Assembly: GCF_000283555.1 (NCBI RefSeq)
Contig: NC_016012.1
Coordinates: 900,001-932,000, forward strand
Length of the DNA: 32,000 nt
From: Candidatus Arthromitus sp. SFB-rat-Yit
GTDB taxonomy: Bacteria > Bacillota > Clostridia > Clostridiales > Clostridiaceae
Direction: 5' to 3'
The translations under genes were made by a program, and so were the position numbers. Below the pieces are notes generated by a model. That model worked only from the letters and a program-made list of their open reading frames with translations. It was not told the origin of the DNA and did not search any database. Below are positions 27,638 through 32,000 of this stretch, in pieces. The stretch's first letter is position 1. The number at the start of each line of letters is the position of its first letter.

Positions 27638-28109
27638 ACTCTCCCCTCTCCTTCTCATCTTTTTCATCGTAATCTTCTGGTTTGTGTAAATCCTTGTAAT
27701 ACATATTCAAAGACAATTCATCTAAAAAATCTTGCTCTTCCTTATCTTGTGCATGCAAAAATTCTTTATATTCTTTATCTTTAAGTTTATCTAAAACAGT
27801 TCTATTTTGCTTCTTTTTCTTATAATCTTCAAATCTATAATCATACTCTTTACTCATTTTTTCCTTTTGTTTTTTATTATAAAGGATTGAATTTTCTAAG
27901 AAATATGCATAATTATTTTTTATAATTTCATCAACACGAGTTGTACAAGTTGAAAAAGAATTCTTTTTATACAACTCATTTAAAGTTTCAATGTTATCAT
28001 TAATAACCCTTATTCTAGCACTGATATCTGTAAATTTTTGAGATGCCTCTTTTTCAAGCCCAAGCCGCATATTCAATAATTTATTGAGCGAATACTTAAA
28101 CCTTTTCAT
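27618..28109 (-). CDS. fliJ: Flagellar export chaperone/stalk protein FliJ
   Basis: About 163-aa charged coiled-coil beginning MKRFKYSLNKLLNMR. It lies between fliI and fliK. The track start is GTG 28118; ATG 28109 is preferred. Confidence 0.7.
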   Translation of the reverse strand: MKRFKYSLNKLLNMRLGLEKEASQKFTDISARIRVINDNIETLNELYKKNSFSTCTTRVDEIIKNNYAYFLENSILYNKKQKEKMSKEYDYRFEDYKKKKQNRTVLDKLKDKEYKEFLHAQDKEEQDFLDELSLNMYYKDLHKPEDYDEKDEKERGEYEFEDR

Positions 28110-28122
28110 AACAATCACTACC

Positions 28123-29436
28123 TTAAATCAAATTATTAAATATTCCTTTTAGTATAGTTAAATTTTGTTCATAACTAGTAAATTCCATTGTTTTTTGCCT
28201 CAAATATTCATTTATTTGATTAATATATTGAATAGCCTTATCTATATCTGGATTACTCCCATGAACATATGCTCCAATGTTTATCAAATCTTCAGCATCT
28301 TGATATACTGCAAGTAAATTTCTAACCGTTCCTGCTAACTCCTTATGTTCATCAGAAACTATTTTAGACATAAGCCTACTAACACTCTTTAAAACATCAA
28401 TAGCTGGATAATGATTTTTCTGTGCTAAAGCTCTAGATAATACAATATGTCCATCCAATATTCCTCTCACAGTATCTGCTATTGGATCATTCATATCATC
28501 ACCATCAACAAGCACTGTATAAAATGCTGTTATAGCCCCATTTTGGGAAGGTCCTGTCCTTTCCAAAAGCTTTGGTAAAAGTGCAAAAACTGATGGAGTA
28601 TAACCTTTTGTTGCTGGTGGTTCCCCAATAGCAAGACCAACCTCTCTCTGTGCCATAGCAAATCTCGTTACAGAATCCATCATTAAAATTACATTCTTAC
28701 CTTGTTCTCTAAAATATTCTGCTATTGCTGTTGTAACAAGAGATGCCTTAAATCTTATAAGTGCAGGTTCATCTGATGTTGCACAAACTACAACGGATTT
28801 TTTAAGTCCTTCCTCACCCAAATCATGATGTATAAATTCCTTAAGCTCACGCCCTCTCTCGCCAATAAGTCCAATCACATTAACATCTGCAGACGCATTT
28901 CTTGCAAGCATTCCCATTAAAGTACTTTTACCAACTCCGGAACCTGCAAATATTCCAACTCTCTGACCAACGCCACAAGTAAGAGTTCCATCAATTACTC
29001 TTACACCTGTTTGCATTATTTCTGTGATTTCTTTTCTTTTCATAGCAATTGGCGGCTTATTATCTACAGTAAATTCTGTATAATTTTCTGGTGGATTACC
29101 TATTTGAACTCTTCCAAGCCCATCCAAAACACAACCTAACAATTCATCTGAAATTTTAACAGATAATAATTTTTTAGTCGCAATAACCTTACTGCCAGTA
29201 GATATACCACGCACATCCCCAAATGGCATTAATATACTTCTTTCTTGATTAATTCCAACAACCTCACACTCTATCTCTTCTCCGTACTCATTATATATGT
29301 AACAAATTTCTCCAATGAATGGAATTATACCTTCAGCCTCTATAGTCAATCCAACTAAACGTTTAACTCTTCCTTCTTCATAAATTGGCTCAACTTTTTC
29401 AAGAGAATTCTTCATTTTCCTAAAATCTATAAACAT
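28123..29436 (-). CDS. fliI: Flagellum-specific ATPase FliI
   Basis: 437 aa with Walker A GSGVGKST, Walker B ILMMDSVTR and an F1-beta-like fold signature. Confidence 0.95.
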   Translation of the reverse strand: MFIDFRKMKNSLEKVEPIYEEGRVKRLVGLTIEAEGIIPFIGEICYIYNEYGEEIECEVVGINQERSILMPFGDVRGISTGSKVIATKKLLSVKISDELLGCVLDGLGRVQIGNPPENYTEFTVDNKPPIAMKRKEITEIMQTGVRVIDGTLTCGVGQRVGIFAGSGVGKSTLMGMLARNASADVNVIGLIGERGRELKEFIHHDLGEEGLKKSVVVCATSDEPALIRFKASLVTTAIAEYFREQGKNVILMMDSVTRFAMAQREVGLAIGEPPATKGYTPSVFALLPKLLERTGPSQNGAITAFYTVLVDGDDMNDPIADTVRGILDGHIVLSRALAQKNHYPAIDVLKSVSRLMSKIVSDEHKELAGTVRNLLAVYQDAEDLINIGAYVHGSNPDIDKAIQYINQINEYLRQKTMEFTSYEQNLTILKGIFNNLI

Positions 29437-29438
29437 AT

Positions 29439-30257
29439 CTAATCCTCACCAAAAATTATCTTCCTTAAAATTTCTATATTTTCATTTACATCGTACTTTA
29501 TGATTCCTCCATTTCTTTCAATTAAAAACTCTCCTTTGTTTATATCCTTACTAATAACAACATGAAAATCTCCAAGTATTCCAGCTTTCTCTTTCAGTAT
29601 GTGAATTTCTTCACTTATACCTTTGTAGTTAACTTCGTTACACTTTATAATAACTGGCATCTTATCTTTTATATTTTTTATACGTTCATAAATTATATCA
29701 TTTAATATTTTTTCATCATTCAATTGACGCTTAATTATTTTCGCAACCATTGTAAATATCATATCTTTAATTTCGTTTTCTTTAGCTGTTATAAATTCTT
29801 CTGCTTCTTTTTTAGCATTTTCATAAAAACACATAACATCACTTAATATTTTATCTTTTTCAGCCATAATTTCTTGCATTGCCTTAGCTTTTCCCTCTTC
29901 GAAGCCTTCTTTATATCCTTGAACTTTACTTGCAACCCTCTGACGAACTACTTCAACTTGTGCATTTTCAATCATATCAGCAAAAATTTTGGACGATTCT
30001 TTCTTTGCTTTAGATATCAACATATCACTTATCTTTTTAAATTTTAAAATTTCATCTCTTCTAACTCTATAAGTTTTTGTCCTTATACGTTTAATTATTT
30101 CATTATTAGTTTTAATTTCTCTTGATATATTGTTCTGCGTACTGTATGCATCATATATATTTGGACTAATTATTGTTTTAGTAGAATGTGGATAATTTTT
30201 ATTATTGCCACCGCTACGAATAATATTTTTATTTGAACTACTGAATAATGTCATCAT
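29439..30257 (-). CDS. fliH: Flagellar assembly protein FliH
   Basis: About 272 aa with a charged coiled-coil centre. It lies between fliG and fliI, with its stop 2 nt from the fliI start. The start is ATG 30257 or 30254, just downstream of GAGGAGGAG (the track start is TTG 30272). It overlaps the fliG 3' end. Confidence 0.7.
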   Translation of the reverse strand: MMTLFSSSNKNIIRSGGNNKNYPHSTKTIISPNIYDAYSTQNNISREIKTNNEIIKRIRTKTYRVRRDEILKFKKISDMLISKAKKESSKIFADMIENAQVEVVRQRVASKVQGYKEGFEEGKAKAMQEIMAEKDKILSDVMCFYENAKKEAEEFITAKENEIKDMIFTMVAKIIKRQLNDEKILNDIIYERIKNIKDKMPVIIKCNEVNYKGISEEIHILKEKAGILGDFHVVISKDINKGEFLIERNGGIIKYDVNENIEILRKIIFGED

Positions 30258-31251
30258 CTCCTCCTCGAACAATTAATATTTCACCTTGCTCATCTAATTT
30301 TCTAATCTGAGAAACAATAACTTGTTGAGCCTTCTCAACATCAGACAATTTAACAGGACCCATATATTCAATTTCTTCACGAACATTTTCTGCTGCACCT
30401 TTTGATAAATTGCTAAATATAAGTTCCTTAACAGAATCACTACTACCTTTAAGTGCAAGAGCTAATTCTTTTTGATCTATACTTCTTAAAACTTTTTGTA
30501 TATCTTCGGATCCCAGAGTCACAATATCCTCAAACACAAACATAGATGCTCTTAATTTTTCCGCAAGTTCTTTATCATGATTCTCAAGACCTGAAGTAAT
30601 ATTTCTCTCCGTATTTCTATCAACTCTATTAAGCATATCAACAAGCGACTCAATTCCTCCGATAACTGTCGCTTCAGGCTTCACAAAATTCGATAATTTA
30701 TATTCCAAAACCCTCTCAACTTCTTTAACCGCATAAGGCGAAGTGTTCCTAATCGTAGCAACCCTATACGCTACATCGTTTTGGAGATGATCAGGTAAAG
30801 AGCTCAAAATTTGTGCTGCCTTCTCTGGTTGAATATAACACAAAACTAATGCAATAGTCTGTGGATGTTCATCAATTATTATATTTAATAACTGAGTTGG
30901 ATCAGCTTTACGTGCAATGGTGAAAGGTCTATATATATCTGTTGCCTCTTTTATTTTATCTAAAATTTCAATAGCCTTATCTGATCCTAGTGCTTTACTT
31001 AAAATATTTTTAGCGTAATCAAATCCTCCTTCAAGCAAAAACTCTTTCGCTTTATTCATCTCTATAAATTCATGCAAAATCTCTTTTCTTTCTTCAATTG
31101 TTACCGAATTTATAGTTGCTATTTCAAAAGAAATCTTATTTATTTCATCTTCATTCAAAAACTTCATTATTTCTGAGGCTACTTCTGAACCCAAAGTTAT
31201 TAATAGTATTGCCGTTTTTTGAACTCCTGATATTTTCTTCTTCAAAAGCAT
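30238..31251 (-). CDS. fliG: Flagellar motor switch protein FliG
   Basis: 337 aa. Shows ISGVQKTAILLITLGSEVASEIMKFLNEDEI, the torque-helix region, and a C-terminal MFVFEDI motif. Confidence 0.93.
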   Translation of the reverse strand: MLLKKKISGVQKTAILLITLGSEVASEIMKFLNEDEINKISFEIATINSVTIEERKEILHEFIEMNKAKEFLLEGGFDYAKNILSKALGSDKAIEILDKIKEATDIYRPFTIARKADPTQLLNIIIDEHPQTIALVLCYIQPEKAAQILSSLPDHLQNDVAYRVATIRNTSPYAVKEVERVLEYKLSNFVKPEATVIGGIESLVDMLNRVDRNTERNITSGLENHDKELAEKLRASMFVFEDIVTLGSEDIQKVLRSIDQKELALALKGSSDSVKELIFSNLSKGAAENVREEIEYMGPVKLSDVEKAQQVIVSQIRKLDEQGEILIVRGGDDDIIQ

Positions 31252-31306
31252 CTCCTCCCATTGTTCTATTTTGCGTAAAATTTATATTTTTAAGCATAAT
31301 TTAAAC

Positions 31307-31346
31307 AAATAAAAAAACTTCTATCACATTACTCGCGATAGAAGTT
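31307..31346 (-). terminator. Rho-independent terminator immediately after flgC
   Basis: The minus RNA AACUUCUAUC-(11 nt loop)-GAUAGAAGUU forms a perfect 10-bp stem followed by UUUUUAUUU. It begins 6 nt after the flgC stop. Confidence 0.6.
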
Positions 31347-31352
31347 ATAAAT

Positions 31353-31775
31353 TTACTTTCCTATTTCTAATGCTTTCATAAACATTTGCTTGTTTGCATT
31401 AAAATTATCAGCATTAGATTCGTATGATCTAGTAGCTAAAATCATTTCAGCCATTTCATTCAATATATTAACATTGCTTCCTTCAACAAATCCTTCTTCA
31501 TTTGCATAAGGATGAGTTGGATCTAAAATCATTTTAGATGGAGAGTTATCCTCCATTATCTTTGAAACCTTAACTCCCTTAAATTTATTTAATCCAGACA
31601 TTGATCTATCTAAATGTTCTTGGAAAACTGCAATCTTGCGTTTATATGCATCTGTTGTATCTGTTTTAATAGAATTATAGTTTGCAATATTTGATGAAAT
31701 CAAATCCATTCTCATTCTTTCGGCAGCAAGTCCACTTGCACTAATTCTCATTGACCTAAAAGCATTATTAAGCAT
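31353..31775 (-). CDS. flgC: Flagellar basal-body rod protein FlgC
   Basis: 140 aa. SASGLAAERMRMDLISSNIANYNS and the C-terminal ATRSYESNA are canonical rod-protein motifs. GAAGGTGA RBS. Confidence 0.93.
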   Translation of the reverse strand: MLNNAFRSMRISASGLAAERMRMDLISSNIANYNSIKTDTTDAYKRKIAVFQEHLDRSMSGLNKFKGVKVSKIMEDNSPSKMILDPTHPYANEEGFVEGSNVNILNEMAEMILATRSYESNADNFNANKQMFMKALEIGK

Positions 31776-31800
31776 ACATCATTCACCTTCCATTTATGTT

Positions 31801-32000
31801 CTATCTTCCACTTATAATTGTTGAAATATTTTGATACCTACCATTTATAGCAGAAATCAAAGTATTATACATAAGTGTATTTGCAGCTTGATTTGCTTTT
31901 TCTATATCCAAATCAACGTTGTTACCATCACTTCTCATAACTGTTGAATTATCTTGTATAATGCTATAATGTTCATTATCAATTTTTATATGTTTATCAT
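31801..32000 (-). CDS. flgB: Flagellar basal-body rod protein FlgB (C-terminal fragment; 5' end outside the window)
   Basis: My own translation of the minus strand gives ...MRSDGNNVDLDIEKANQAANTLMYNTLISAINGRYQNISTIISGR*, with the stop at 31801-31803. Not in the supplied track because it is truncated by the window edge. Confidence 0.8.
   Translation of the reverse strand, partial: DKHIKIDNEHYSIIQDNSTVMRSDGNNVDLDIEKANQAANTLMYNTLISAINGRYQNISTIISGR

Noticed and set aside
30238-30272. fliG/fliH overlap (and the fliJ/fliK overlap at 27618-27637) as possible frameshifts or pseudogenes
   Set aside because: Both partners are full length with intact motifs. Short out-of-frame overlaps with an SD inside the upstream gene are normal translational coupling in flagellar operons.
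1-32000. Search for tRNA/rRNA genes, CRISPR arrays, IS elements, integrases, inverted terminal repeats and prophage genes
   Set aside because: None were seen. There are no GC-rich structured RNA islands, no regularly spaced direct repeats outside the DUF4214 coding repeats, and no transposase- or recombinase-like ORFs.

Overview
Very AT-rich chromosomal segment from a spore-forming, Clostridium-like Firmicute. Almost every gene is on the minus strand. The backbone is housekeeping and colinear, from memory, with the Bacillus subtilis comEC-holA-rpsT-gpr-spoIIP-yqxA-lepA-hemN-hrcA-grpE-dnaK-dnaJ-prmA-yqeU-yqeV block. Here it reads comEC, holA, rpsT(+), gpr, spoIIP, a small membrane ORF, lepA, hemW, CIRCE-controlled hrcA-grpE-dnaK-dnaJ, then prmA, rsmE, mtaB and a HIT protein. 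A Clostridium-type spoVAC-AD-AE tricistron sits upstream of comEC. Four things depart from that backbone. (1) About 4 kb is inserted between dnaJ and prmA: a standalone HIRAN-like ORF, a solitary 745-aa membrane-hairpin dynamin-like GTPase with no ATG start, and rarA. (2) A flagellar cluster (flgB' flgC | fliG fliH fliI fliJ fliK flgD flbD) lacks fliE-fliF, flgE and everything downstream of flbD, and has clean terminator-bounded junctions. (3) A 348-aa coiled-coil/low-complexity orphan lies between the spoVA and flagellar loci. (4) A partial secreted DUF4214-repeat protein lies at the left edge. I saw no rRNA, tRNA, CRISPR, transposase or integrase. I cannot support an obvious multi-gene novel system. 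The best candidates for follow-up are the dynamin-like/HIRAN insertion, the fragmented flagellar locus, the orphan ORF and an RBS-sequestering hairpin in front of spoIIP. Calls rest on motif recognition and gene order by eye; no database search was run.
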